From a virus (Duplodnaviria; Caudoviricetes), in the IMG/VR virus record IMGVR_UViG_3300018495_000088, positions 32,001-96,000 of that record: a stretch of DNA of 64,000 nucleotides; one strand, written 5' to 3'. Numbering within the stretch: the first letter of the stretch is position 1; every line of letters starts with the position of its first letter. Below, piece after piece: positions 29,020-39,225 of this stretch. The notes beneath the pieces were generated by a model that was not told where the DNA came from, ran no database searches, and saw only the letters and a program-made list of their open reading frames with translations. The translations under genes and the position numbers were made by a program.

Positions 29020-31074
29020 ATGGCTAACGAAATGATCAAATTTTTAAGAGGTAACGTAGCTTCCCTTCCTGCAACTGCAACCCCTGGTGCAGTGTATTTT
29101 ACCAAAGATGAAGGTCTTTACCTTGGTCTTGAAGATGGTTCCTACCATCGTTATGGTGATTTTATCACTGTAAATGATGTAGCTTCCCTTCCTGCTGACG
29201 GCGCACATGAAACTTGCATGTATTACTGCGTAGCAGAAAATGTACTTGCTAAGTGGAATGGCTCTAGCTGGACCCAGATTAACAAGCAGAAGACTCTTGC
29301 AGAACTTGGTGGTGTAGCTAAGTCTGTTTACGAGGCTAAGATCGCTCTTCTTGAGAAGGCTGACTCTGATAACGCTACTGCTATTTCTGGTGTTGACACT
29401 AGACTTCAGGCAGCAGAAGAGAAGCTTAAGTCTGTTGCTACTACCGAGGGTCTTGGTGAACTTACTGATCGTGTAACCACTGCAGAGGGCGATATCGATG
29501 ACCTTGAGGCTGCTATCGGTGAAGGTGGTTCTGTAACCCTTGCTATCGCTGATGCTAAGCAGGCTGGTCTTGATGCTAAGGCACTTGCTGAGACTAAGAC
29601 TACTATGGCTGAGGTTGAAGCTAAGAACTATGCAACCAAGGAAGAAGCTAAGGGTTATGCAGATGCTAAGGATACTGCTATTGGTAATGCTCAGGCCAAG
29701 GCGGACGAGGCTTATACTCTTGCTAGTGGCAAGGCTACTATGGAAGAAGTTAACACCGCTATTGGCAATGCAGGTCACGCTGTAAAGTCCGAGGTTGACC
29801 AGGCTATTGCTGATCTCGATGCTGCTTATAAGAAGGCTGACGGCGACATGAAGACCGAGCTCGAAGGCAAGATTGGCGCAAAGGTTGACCAGTCTGCTTA
29901 TGATGCTAAGGTTGCTGAGCTTGTTGGTGCCGACACTACCCTTCAGGGTAACATTGATGCTCTTGCTGGCAAGGTTGGTACTCCTACCGAGGGCAAGACC
30001 ATCGTTGAGATGATTGCAGACGCTCAGACTGCTGCTACTTACGATGACACTAAGGTTAAGGAAGACATCAAGGCTAATGCTGATGCTATTGATGCAATCG
30101 AAGCAGATTACCTGAAGAAGGCTGACAAGGATGGTCTTCAGGAGCAGATTACTGCCAACGCTAATGCGATTACTCTTCTGACTAACGGTGTATCCGCAGA
30201 AGAGGTTGATGGTGTTAACGACCTTATCCAGTATGTTAAGGAGCATGGTCCTGAAGTAACTGGTATGAAGGAAGACATTGCCGATAACGCAAAGGCAATT
30301 TCTGACCACGAGACTCTTGCTGCTGAGACTTATGAAACTAAGACAGATGCTGGCAATAAGCTTACTGAGGCTAAGGGTTACACCGATACCGAGGTAGCTA
30401 AGGACAGAGCAAGACTTGATGCTCTTGAGCTGATTGACCATGACCACTCTAACAAGGGTGTTCTTGACGGCATTACCGCCGAGAAGGTATCCGCTTGGGA
30501 TGCATCTGAGCAGAATGCTAAGGATTATGTTGATGGCAAGATTACCGATCTGAAGATTGGTGACTATGCTAAGCAGTCCGACCTTGATACTCATACTGGA
30601 GATACTGTTGCTCACATCACTGCTGCAGAGCGTGAAGCTTGGAACAAGGCAGAACAGAATGCTAAGGACTATGCAGATGGTCTTGCAGGCAACTATGCCG
30701 AAGCTGAGCACGAGCATGTAGTTGCTGATATTACTGACTTCGAGGATACAGTAGAAGCAAGAATTACCGCTAAGGGTTATGCTACTACTGGTTATGCAGA
30801 CGACAAGGCTTCTGCCGCTCAGTCTGCTGCTGAAGCAAAGGCTGCAGAACTTGATTCTGCGCTTAAGACTGAACTTGAGGGCAAGATTACTTCTGGTGAT
30901 TCTGCTACTCTTGCTTCTGCCAATGCTTATGCCGACACTGCTAAGAGCGAGGCAATTGCTGCTGCTAAGACCGAGACCGAGTCTCAGGTTAAGGCTCTTG
31001 CTGAGGGTCAGGTTACTACTAACAAGAATGACATTGCAAGTCTGTTTGAGCAGCTTCAGTGGGGTTCTTTTTAA
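29020..31074 (+). CDS. High-expression coiled-coil fibre protein
   Basis: IKFLRG...GAVYF N-terminus; AKxYAD repeats; ends QWGSF; capsid-like codon bias. Confidence 0.8.
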   Translation: MANEMIKFLRGNVASLPATATPGAVYFTKDEGLYLGLEDGSYHRYGDFITVNDVASLPADGAHETCMYYCVAENVLAKWNGSSWTQINKQKTLAELGGVAKSVYEAKIALLEKADSDNATAISGVDTRLQAAEEKLKSVATTEGLGELTDRVTTAEGDIDDLEAAIGEGGSVTLAIADAKQAGLDAKALAETKTTMAEVEAKNYATKEEAKGYADAKDTAIGNAQAKADEAYTLASGKATMEEVNTAIGNAGHAVKSEVDQAIADLDAAYKKADGDMKTELEGKIGAKVDQSAYDAKVAELVGADTTLQGNIDALAGKVGTPTEGKTIVEMIADAQTAATYDDTKVKEDIKANADAIDAIEADYLKKADKDGLQEQITANANAITLLTNGVSAEEVDGVNDLIQYVKEHGPEVTGMKEDIADNAKAISDHETLAAETYETKTDAGNKLTEAKGYTDTEVAKDRARLDALELIDHDHSNKGVLDGITAEKVSAWDASEQNAKDYVDGKITDLKIGDYAKQSDLDTHTGDTVAHITAAEREAWNKAEQNAKDYADGLAGNYAEAEHEHVVADITDFEDTVEARITAKGYATTGYADDKASAAQSAAEAKAAELDSALKTELEGKITSGDSATLASANAYADTAKSEAIAAAKTETESQVKALAEGQVTTNKNDIASLFEQLQWGSF

Positions 31075-31101
31075 TAGAATCTAAATATAAATAAACTTAA
31101 T

Positions 31102-31132
31102 AGGCTAGTGGGGAAACCCACTAGCCTTCTTT
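31102..31132 (+). terminator. Rho-independent terminator
   Basis: AGGCTAGTGGG-GAAA-CCCACTAGCCT followed by TCTTT. Confidence 0.8.
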
Positions 31133-31164
31133 AAAAAAAATAACCGAATGACGAGGAAACAACG

Positions 31165-31831
31165 ATGGCAATACTTAAACCGCTTAGAGGACACAGTTCC
31201 TCATTGAATGCACGACCCTTATGTGACGGTTCTATTTATTTTTGCGTTGATACTGGCCTGTTGTATGTTGATTGTGAAGACGACAAAGGTAATTTGGTGC
31301 GTTTAAATGTGCTTGCGGATCGTGCCAATAAAGTAGGATATACGATAGACGATGTAGACGTAGAGATCAAAGCCTCAGAAATAGCTACTAAGGAATATGT
31401 GCGTGGGTTATTGATGGATAATGGAAATTTTACCAAAGAAATTATTTTTGAAATGATTTACCCCTGTTGGTTCCATTTATATATCGACATCAGATGTATC
31501 TCCGTTAGTTTTGTTTGGATTTGGTTCTTGGGAGAAAATTGAAGACAGATTTTTACTTGCGTCAAGTTCTACTTATTCAATTAATACTGAGGGCGGCGAA
31601 GCTACCCACACATTGACAGTAGATGAGATGCCTACGCACGCACACGATTTCAATAGACATCAATTATGGACTACGGAAACTGCGCCCGAAACCAGTTTGG
31701 AACAAGGTTATGGCGTCACTAACAAATCCGTTGCGATTTATAGAGATACGACCACAACTGCGGGGAGCGGAATGTCTCACAATAATATGCCTCCGTATCT
31801 TGCGGTAAATATATGGAAAAGAGTTAACTGA
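31165..31831 (+). pseudogene. Short fibre with T4 gp10 C-terminal-like baseplate domain, split by a +1 frameshift at 31461-31464 (programmed shift, mutation or sequencing error)
   Basis: Removing one C of CCCC joins the two ORFs and restores IYPVGSIYIST...FGFGSWEKI...GGEATHTLT.DEMP.H.H...HNNMPPYLAVNIWKR. Confidence 0.85.
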
Positions 31832-31993
31832 TATATTTATTTTATAAAAATAGAATTTTTGGGCATATTTAATGCTTAAAACTTGAAAATTACAAATAAT
31901 TAATTTTGAAAACAACAGTTGGCTTTGTAGTCAGAGACACGAAGAAAACTTTTTATATAAAGCCAACATTCTTACTTAGAAGGGAGAATAGAA

Positions 31994-34900
31994 ATGGCAC
32001 TTTGGAAACCATTTAGAGGCAGTCGTGCAGATTTAGATGCTGTTGCTAAACGTGACGGTTATGTTTATTTTTGTGACGATGGAGCCTTATTCTTTGATTA
32101 TACAGATAAAAATGGTAATCTACAAAGAAAACAAATTAACGCTAAAGACGCCGAAACGCTTACAGGCATGTCTTTAGATCAAATTCAAAAATCCATCTCT
32201 TGGAACGACCTGCTTAACAAACCCGAACTTGGTCTTATTGCCGTATATGACGAAATTAGCAAAGGTCTTCTTACCGAAGATGTTCAGGAAACTCTTGATA
32301 AGATAGATACTATCGAGAGCGTTTATGAAACAAAGACTGGCTCTTCGATAAAATTAGATGAAGCTAAGGCTTATGCTGACGCTAACCTTGAAACTGCAAA
32401 GTCTTACACTGATGAGAAAATAGCAAACATTCCAGCTGTAGATTCTTATACCAAACCAGAAATTGATGCCGCTTTAGAAAACAAAGCAAACAACGATCAC
32501 GATCATGATGATATTTATTATACAGAAGCAGAGATTGATGTAAAGCTTTCTGGCAAATCCGACACTGGTCATACTCATAGCAATTATGCACCTACTTCAC
32601 GAACTGTTAACGGAAAAGAACTTTCTTCCAACATTACCCTTTCTGCTTCTGATGTCGGTGCTGATGCAAGCGGTTCTGCTAATACAGCTTTAAATTCTGC
32701 AAAGTCTTATACCGACGATGCGATTGAAGCACTTGGCGATACTTATTACACCGAGGCAGAAATTGATACAAAGCTTGCATCTAAATCGGATTCAACACAT
32801 AATCACGACTCTAAATACGACACAAAGGGTTCTGCTTCTGCTGTTCAAACAAATTTAGATGTAGTAAGCGATACACTCGATTCTCACACAGACGATTCTG
32901 ACATCCACGTAACTACAACAAATAAGTCTAACTGGAATACTGCTTATACTCATTCTCAATCTACTCATGCAAGAACAGATGCAACAAAAGTCGCAGATTC
33001 CACAACTAATGGTAATATTCTTATCAATGGAAGTGAAACAAATGTTTACACACATCCCAACTCTGGCGTAACTGCTGGCACTTATAAGAGCGTGACAGTA
33101 AATGCACAAGGTCATGTTACTGGCGGTACGAATCCGACTACATTGGCTGGATATGGAATTACCGATGCCGAGACTAAGGGTGCGGCAAGTAGTGCTCTTG
33201 CAAGTGCAAAAGAATATACGGACTCTGTAGCATCTGGTAAAGCTAATACAAACCACAATCACGACACTACTTATGATAAAAAGGGTGCTGCTGATAGCGC
33301 ATTGGCTTCTGCAAAATCCTATGCTGATTCTGCCGCTACTACTGCTGCAAATGCTGTTAAGAATGACCTATTAAACGGTGCTGGCACAGCTTATGATACT
33401 CTTAAAGAACTTGGTGATTTGATTGACGACAATGCAGATGCGATTGATGCGCTTGAAACTGTTGCCGCTGGCAAAGCTGACAAAACTCATACTCATGCGA
33501 TTTCGGATGTATCTGGTCTTCAGTCTGCTCTTGATGGTAAGGCAGCCTCTTCTCACGGAACACACGTTTCTTATAGTGCTACGGCTCCTGTAATGGACGG
33601 TACTGCAAGCGTTGGCACCGCAAGTACCGTTGCAAGAAGCGACCATAAACATCCTACCGACACAAGCCGTGCATCTAAAACAGAATTTGATTCTCATACA
33701 AGCAATACAACAGCGCATATTACTTCAACAGAAAGAAGCAATTGGAATGCTGCTAAGACACACGCTGATTCCGCTCACGCACCTTCTAATGCTGAAAAGA
33801 ATCAGAACGCATTTAGCAATATTAAGGTAGGTTCTACTACCGTCGCTGCTGATGCTGCAACTGACACTGTTGAGTTTGTAGGCAGCAACGTCACTATTAC
33901 TCCTGATACGACTAATGACAAAGTGACCTTTACTGTTGCTGATGGTAGCACAAGTGGAAAGGGTGTTGTACAACTCACCAACAGTACATCAAGCACTTCT
34001 ACTACTACCGCTGCAACACCAAGTAGTGTTAAATCGGCTTATGATTTAGCAAATACTGCTAAGACAAATGCTGCAACCGCACAGTCTAGAGCGGATAGCG
34101 CTTATTCTTTGGCTGAAGGCAAAGTTGATAGTTTATCAGACTTAGGTGTAACTGCTACCGCTACCGAGTTGAATTATGTTGATGGAGTAACTTCAAATAT
34201 TCAGACTCAACTGGATGGTAAGGCACCTTCTTCTCACAATCAATCCGCTAGTACTATCACAAGCGGAACTTTATCTTCTGATAGATTGCCTACCGTTCCG
34301 ATTTCTAAGGGTGGCACAGGTGCAACAACTGCGGCTGGTGCTCTTACTAATTTAGGAATTACAGCTACTGCTGCGGAACTGAACAAAATGGATGGTGTAA
34401 CAGCTACAACAACTGAGCTTAACTATGTGGATGGAGTTACAAGTAATATTCAGACGCAGTTGGATGGAAAATTGGATAAAACAACAAAATACGCTGGTAG
34501 TTCAAGCACAGGTGGTGCTGCTAATAGTGCAGTTAAAGCAACTCAAGACGGCAGTGGTAATACTATTACAAGTACTTATGCAACAAAGGCTGAATTAGAT
34601 TCAGCTAAATCAAGCTTGCAAACTTCTATTAACGGAAAAGCAAATAGTTCGCATATACATTCTATTTCTAATGTAACTAATTTACAAAGTTCATTAGACG
34701 CAAAACAAGCAACTGTCACAGGTGCTGCGACAACTATCACAGGTTCCAATCTTACCGCTTCAAGAGCTTTAATTTCTAACTCTTCTGGTAAGGTTGCGGT
34801 TTCAGACATAACATCCACGGAATTAGCGTATTTGGACGGCGTTACAAGTAACATCCAAACACAACTTGATGCCAGGGCAAATAAGTCAGATATTGCAACA

Positions 34901-35905
34901 ACGATAATGCAGGGTACTGCTACCCAAAATACTACCTATTGGAAAATCTCTGGTTTCGGCAATTGGGGCACAGGAACATGGATGCAAAAAGGTTTTTCCA
35001 TGCTTATCACTTCAAGAGCGGGCGAAATGGTTTGGGTTAGCCTTGCAGCAAACGACTCTAATACAAGTGCGGGAGCTATTCGTCTTATCAACCGATATTC
35101 CAAGATCGCTGCGATACATTACAGTGTTTCGGAAAGCGCAATTTATGTAACTGCAGCTGGCTGGGCTAATAATATTTGTGCTCATATTCTCTCTAATGTA
35201 AATGGAGATTATGTGCCTACCATTGCAAGTGCAAGTGCCTTGCCAAGTGATGCAGTTTCAATTAATATTATAGAATTTGGTATTGACGGTACAGGCACTG
35301 TCGTTGGAGATAATTCAGTGCCTCTTGCAATGGGCGGCTCCACAACAAGACCAACCTATAATAGTAAAGACCTTGCTTTAAAGAGTGACGTCGATGCCAT
35401 TACGCTAGACACTCTAGGTGGAAATGATAGATATTATACTGAGTCCGAGATTGATAGCAAGGTGTCAACTTTGAACACCGCTATTAATGGCAAGGCAGCG
35501 TCTTCTCACACTCACGATGACAGATATTATACAGAAGCAGAAATCAACGCCAAGGTGGACACTTTAAATACTGCTATCGCTGGCAAAGCTCCAAGTGTGC
35601 ATAGTCACGGTCATATACAAGATGGTACTGTAGGTATGAAGACTTCAGATTCCAATGAAGTGAGTTTTTCGTCTAACGCTAATTATATCTATTTTGGATA
35701 TGACAATCGCATGGGTTCAACTGGCATAGTTGATACTTATAAGTTCGGAAAACATAGCGGAACAGCTAGTGCTGCAGATGGTAATATCGAATGTGGTTCA
35801 TTGGCAGCAGGAAGAACTCTTAAGGGTGGAACTGTAACTGTCGGCAACGCAGCTACATTACAATATGATTCTACAAATCAATGTCTTAACTTTGTATTCG
35901 GATAA
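31994..35905 (+). CDS. Long tail-fibre-like protein with HxH and GVTSNIQTQLD repeats
   Basis: WKPFRG N-terminus; about 10 HxH motifs; YYTExEI repeats; gpH-like KGVVQLTNS..AATP repeat. Confidence 0.85.
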   Translation: MALWKPFRGSRADLDAVAKRDGYVYFCDDGALFFDYTDKNGNLQRKQINAKDAETLTGMSLDQIQKSISWNDLLNKPELGLIAVYDEISKGLLTEDVQETLDKIDTIESVYETKTGSSIKLDEAKAYADANLETAKSYTDEKIANIPAVDSYTKPEIDAALENKANNDHDHDDIYYTEAEIDVKLSGKSDTGHTHSNYAPTSRTVNGKELSSNITLSASDVGADASGSANTALNSAKSYTDDAIEALGDTYYTEAEIDTKLASKSDSTHNHDSKYDTKGSASAVQTNLDVVSDTLDSHTDDSDIHVTTTNKSNWNTAYTHSQSTHARTDATKVADSTTNGNILINGSETNVYTHPNSGVTAGTYKSVTVNAQGHVTGGTNPTTLAGYGITDAETKGAASSALASAKEYTDSVASGKANTNHNHDTTYDKKGAADSALASAKSYADSAATTAANAVKNDLLNGAGTAYDTLKELGDLIDDNADAIDALETVAAGKADKTHTHAISDVSGLQSALDGKAASSHGTHVSYSATAPVMDGTASVGTASTVARSDHKHPTDTSRASKTEFDSHTSNTTAHITSTERSNWNAAKTHADSAHAPSNAEKNQNAFSNIKVGSTTVAADAATDTVEFVGSNVTITPDTTNDKVTFTVADGSTSGKGVVQLTNSTSSTSTTTAATPSSVKSAYDLANTAKTNAATAQSRADSAYSLAEGKVDSLSDLGVTATATELNYVDGVTSNIQTQLDGKAPSSHNQSASTITSGTLSSDRLPTVPISKGGTGATTAAGALTNLGITATAAELNKMDGVTATTTELNYVDGVTSNIQTQLDGKLDKTTKYAGSSSTGGAANSAVKATQDGSGNTITSTYATKAELDSAKSSLQTSINGKANSSHIHSISNVTNLQSSLDAKQATVTGAATTITGSNLTASRALISNSSGKVAVSDITSTELAYLDGVTSNIQTQLDARANKSDIATTIMQGTATQNTTYWKISGFGNWGTGTWMQKGFSMLITSRAGEMVWVSLAANDSNTSAGAIRLINRYSKIAAIHYSVSESAIYVTAAGWANNICAHILSNVNGDYVPTIASASALPSDAVSINIIEFGIDGTGTVVGDNSVPLAMGGSTTRPTYNSKDLALKSDVDAITLDTLGGNDRYYTESEIDSKVSTLNTAINGKAASSHTHDDRYYTEAEINAKVDTLNTAIAGKAPSVHSHGHIQDGTVGMKTSDSNEVSFSSNANYIYFGYDNRMGSTGIVDTYKFGKHSGTASAADGNIECGSLAAGRTLKGGTVTVGNAATLQYDSTNQCLNFVFG

Positions 35906-35917
35906 GGAGGTGTCCAT

Positions 35918-38900
35918 ATGAGTTTACAAGTATGGTTGCCTCTAAATGGTAATCTAGAAAATCTTGGATTGTCGGATTTATCCTTCAGAGTTGTTAACTA
36001 CAGCAATGCTATTAGTTCAGCAACTTCTGGCGGTAAAGTCGTTTCTGGATTATACAAAAGAACTACTAAAGAAACGGCTGATTATATTATCAGCGATAAA
36101 AATATTACATTAGATGGCGATGTAACAATGTGTTGTTGGGCTAAAGTAACTGGAATTGGTTATAGTGGAACAGCAAACGGCCTCTTTGGGCAGCATGGGC
36201 ATCAAACAGGTGGACTGGGTATCACGATGAAGGATGTTAGCTCTACTGACTTACGAATGAGCGTCAATACAGGTTTATATGGCGACAGTCATGGTGGCTC
36301 TAGTGACAGAACTTATTGCACATATTACGGTTCAACTAACATTTATAATGCGTGGCATCATTTATGTTTAACTTATGATAGTAAAACAAAACAGTTACGC
36401 ATGTATGTAGATGGCAAATTAGAGAATATTCAAGGTTGTGGCTCTTATGCTACGCTAAATGGTAATAACATTACTCCCAGACCTGTAATCTTATTTGCTT
36501 GGTCTACTGACCACCTTAGCTCAAGTATTGTAAATTATCGTCCACCTTGTGAACTAAATGATGTTCGTATTTATGACCATGTGCTGTCCGTCAAAGAAAT
36601 TAAAGAGATATCTAAAGGTCTTGTTGCTCATTATCAGCTAAAACCCACTAATATCACAAATTATGCAAAGAGTACTCCGTTCAGTATTTATAATAACTAT
36701 GGAGTAGGAGCAACTTTAACACAGTTAAGTGAACGATTTATGGGTTATCCTGTTTATAGATTAACAATGACTCCTACTAGTGCAAGTGTTAGTAGTTTTC
36801 AAACCGAGTTGTGGTCACATGGTGTGTGTCATGGTCGGTGGACATTTAATGCAAACACAAAATATTGTTACTGGTTATACTATAGACCTGTTAGCCACAA
36901 TGATATTCGAGCAGGTGGCACAGCAAGTAATATTAATGGATGGACAGAGATTGCTCCTCAATATATTGAAGATGGCTGGTATAGAGTTGGTCAATATAGA
37001 AACGGTAGTGTTACTTCAACTCAAGCAGATGACATATATACGTCATTTATAACTCCTTCAGCAGCAGCTGGTGTTCCAATTACTATTGATTTTTGTGCTC
37101 CGCATCTAATTGGTGGGTTATCTGAGATTATTGAGACTTACGATGGAGTAGTAGCTGAGGATAACAAAGTACACGATGTATCTGGCTATGGTAATCATTT
37201 AAATATTACTGGTTCAATTGCAGCAAATAGTACAAGTCCGAGATACAGTAACAGTCTTGATTTTAATCAAACTGGTTATCTAAAGAAAACAGACTTTAAC
37301 ATGACCACGAATGAGTTTACCATCACATTCTGGTTGAATCCTCCCTACTCAATCAACGCACAACATTTTATATGTGGTACATTTAATAGCTGGACTGGTA
37401 ACGGATTCGGTATGTGGAGAGACAGCACAGGTGGTGGATATAGTTTGCTGTATAGGTCAAATAGTGAGGGTGGTCACACAGGGCTCCCAGCAGTTACGCC
37501 TCCTCATGATACATGGAGTCATATAGCAATTGTTTACACTGGCACTCAAGGTATTGTTTATCTGAACGGGGCCGAAGTAGCTAGAGTAAATGGTGGCTCA
37601 AGTGGCACAGTGTCACACCCTGTTCTTTATTTAGGTAACTCAATGTATAGTGAGGTTGCATCACAAACAGATGAAGCATCTATGTCTGACTTCAGATTCT
37701 ATGCTACAGCGTTATCAGCTTCTGATATTGAAGGATTATATAAACACGGTGCTTCTATAGCAAAAGATGGCACCTTATTCGCATACGACTTTAACGAGTT
37801 CAATCCAAATGCAAAAAGTGGTGTTGATAAAGATGGTACTGCTTCTAGTTGCAGTCTTAACACTAAAGTAAGTCCTACTGCGGACATGAAGCTTAAAACT
37901 TTAGAAGATGGTTCTTCTTGGGCAAGAATACATTATTTGGATCTAACAAATGATAAAACATTCTTTGCTAATGCTGCTGAGGTTGCTAAATGTAGTAGAA
38001 ACAATCGTTTTAGCCGTATGAGAGATGTTGATAAGTTTAAGAGTCAACCCTCCCTTTCTAGTGGTTATACTGAACTTGAGTATATTCAGTCTAGCGGAAC
38101 ACAGTATATTAATACTGGAATTGCTCCAACAAGCGATATGAAGGTTGAAATTTCCTTTATACCTACAAATGGATTAACAGAACATTCAATTTTTGGTTCG
38201 TCTTGGGCTGTAGATGGATTCTTCCTAATGATTTATCAAGGAAAAATTAGATTCCATTCAGGTGGTTCAGTTATTGATGCTGTTTCATGTTCAGCAGGAA
38301 ACAGATATATAATGGAATGTACAAACAGTTATATTAAAATCAACGGTACCAGTTATAGCATTTCAGGTGGAGCAAATACTGCTAATAATATCCTTCTTCT
38401 TGGCGACATGGGATACAACGAAAGTTGTCGTGGTATTGGTAAAATTGAATACGCTAAGATATGGGCAGATGGTAAACTCGTTCGTAACTTTGTTCCTTGT
38501 AAAAATGCAGGTGGCACAGTTGGTTTATATGATTTAGTTGAAGATAAATTCTACACTAATGCAGGAAGTGGCTCGTTCACAGCAGGTACTTTTGTAAGTA
38601 AGTATGAGTTCATGTTAACTTATCCAGCCCTATCCAGTACTGAATATAATAGATGGACTCAGACATCATCACCTAATGCTACGTCCGTTACAGGATATAC
38701 CCCTATCCATATTGCTTGGCCAGCTCACAGTGCAGGTATTCGCAAACATGGTAGTGCTTCTTTGTACAACTGTGACAGTGGTGACACTTGGTATGCTCCT
38801 ATTGGACAGTATAGTATTTGGGAAGGTGGCATTCCCGCGGCAAATGGAAATATGCAACTTCAAACAGAACTTTGGGTTAGAACAGATAAATCTGCTGATG

Positions 38901-38959
38901 CTACTCAAACAAAAATTTATGATGGTACTATAGTAGCATCAAACTTTATTGAATTATAA
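35918..38959 (+). CDS. Multi-lectin adhesin (two LamG domains, CBM-like insert, fibrinogen-like domain)
   Basis: WLPLNGN...WHHLCLTYD...LNDVRIYDHVLS; second LamG WSHIAIVY...MSDFRFYATALS; C-terminal DGSSWARI/KYEFML/NRWTQ/GGIP. Confidence 0.8.
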   Translation: MSLQVWLPLNGNLENLGLSDLSFRVVNYSNAISSATSGGKVVSGLYKRTTKETADYIISDKNITLDGDVTMCCWAKVTGIGYSGTANGLFGQHGHQTGGLGITMKDVSSTDLRMSVNTGLYGDSHGGSSDRTYCTYYGSTNIYNAWHHLCLTYDSKTKQLRMYVDGKLENIQGCGSYATLNGNNITPRPVILFAWSTDHLSSSIVNYRPPCELNDVRIYDHVLSVKEIKEISKGLVAHYQLKPTNITNYAKSTPFSIYNNYGVGATLTQLSERFMGYPVYRLTMTPTSASVSSFQTELWSHGVCHGRWTFNANTKYCYWLYYRPVSHNDIRAGGTASNINGWTEIAPQYIEDGWYRVGQYRNGSVTSTQADDIYTSFITPSAAAGVPITIDFCAPHLIGGLSEIIETYDGVVAEDNKVHDVSGYGNHLNITGSIAANSTSPRYSNSLDFNQTGYLKKTDFNMTTNEFTITFWLNPPYSINAQHFICGTFNSWTGNGFGMWRDSTGGGYSLLYRSNSEGGHTGLPAVTPPHDTWSHIAIVYTGTQGIVYLNGAEVARVNGGSSGTVSHPVLYLGNSMYSEVASQTDEASMSDFRFYATALSASDIEGLYKHGASIAKDGTLFAYDFNEFNPNAKSGVDKDGTASSCSLNTKVSPTADMKLKTLEDGSSWARIHYLDLTNDKTFFANAAEVAKCSRNNRFSRMRDVDKFKSQPSLSSGYTELEYIQSSGTQYINTGIAPTSDMKVEISFIPTNGLTEHSIFGSSWAVDGFFLMIYQGKIRFHSGGSVIDAVSCSAGNRYIMECTNSYIKINGTSYSISGGANTANNILLLGDMGYNESCRGIGKIEYAKIWADGKLVRNFVPCKNAGGTVGLYDLVEDKFYTNAGSGSFTAGTFVSKYEFMLTYPALSSTEYNRWTQTSSPNATSVTGYTPIHIAWPAHSAGIRKHGSASLYNCDSGDTWYAPIGQYSIWEGGIPAANGNMQLQTELWVRTDKSADATQTKIYDGTIVASNFIEL

Positions 38960-38974
38960 GGAGATGATAAATAA

Positions 38975-39214
38975 ATGCAAGTAAAAGATTTAATTGTTAC
39001 TGGCAACGCTAGAATTCTCGGCAACCTATATACTAATACTAAGATTACGGTAGATTCTGCATTATCTAACACGTCTATTAATCCTGTTCAAAATAAGGTT
39101 ATAAAGGCTGCGTTAGATGCCAAGGCACCCGCATATACCTATGGCACAGCAGATGTTACTGTGGGTGGTACAAGTAGTGCGGCCACAGGCACATTACATT
39201 TTGTATATGAATAA
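38975..39214 (+). CDS. Small fibre linker protein
   Basis: DLIVTG.AR N-terminus; VDSALS.TS.NPVQNKVI fibre motif; ends GTLHFVYE. Confidence 0.75.
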   Translation: MQVKDLIVTGNARILGNLYTNTKITVDSALSNTSINPVQNKVIKAALDAKAPAYTYGTADVTVGGTSSAATGTLHFVYE

Positions 39215-39225
39215 GAGGTGAGATT

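Noticed and set aside
29044-30717. 557-aa antisense ORF (also 27801-28844, 17615-18328, 12782-13216)
   Set aside because: Shadow ORFs caused by biased sense-strand codons that avoid TTA/CTA/TCA; Ser/Leu/Ile-rich with no recognisable motifs.
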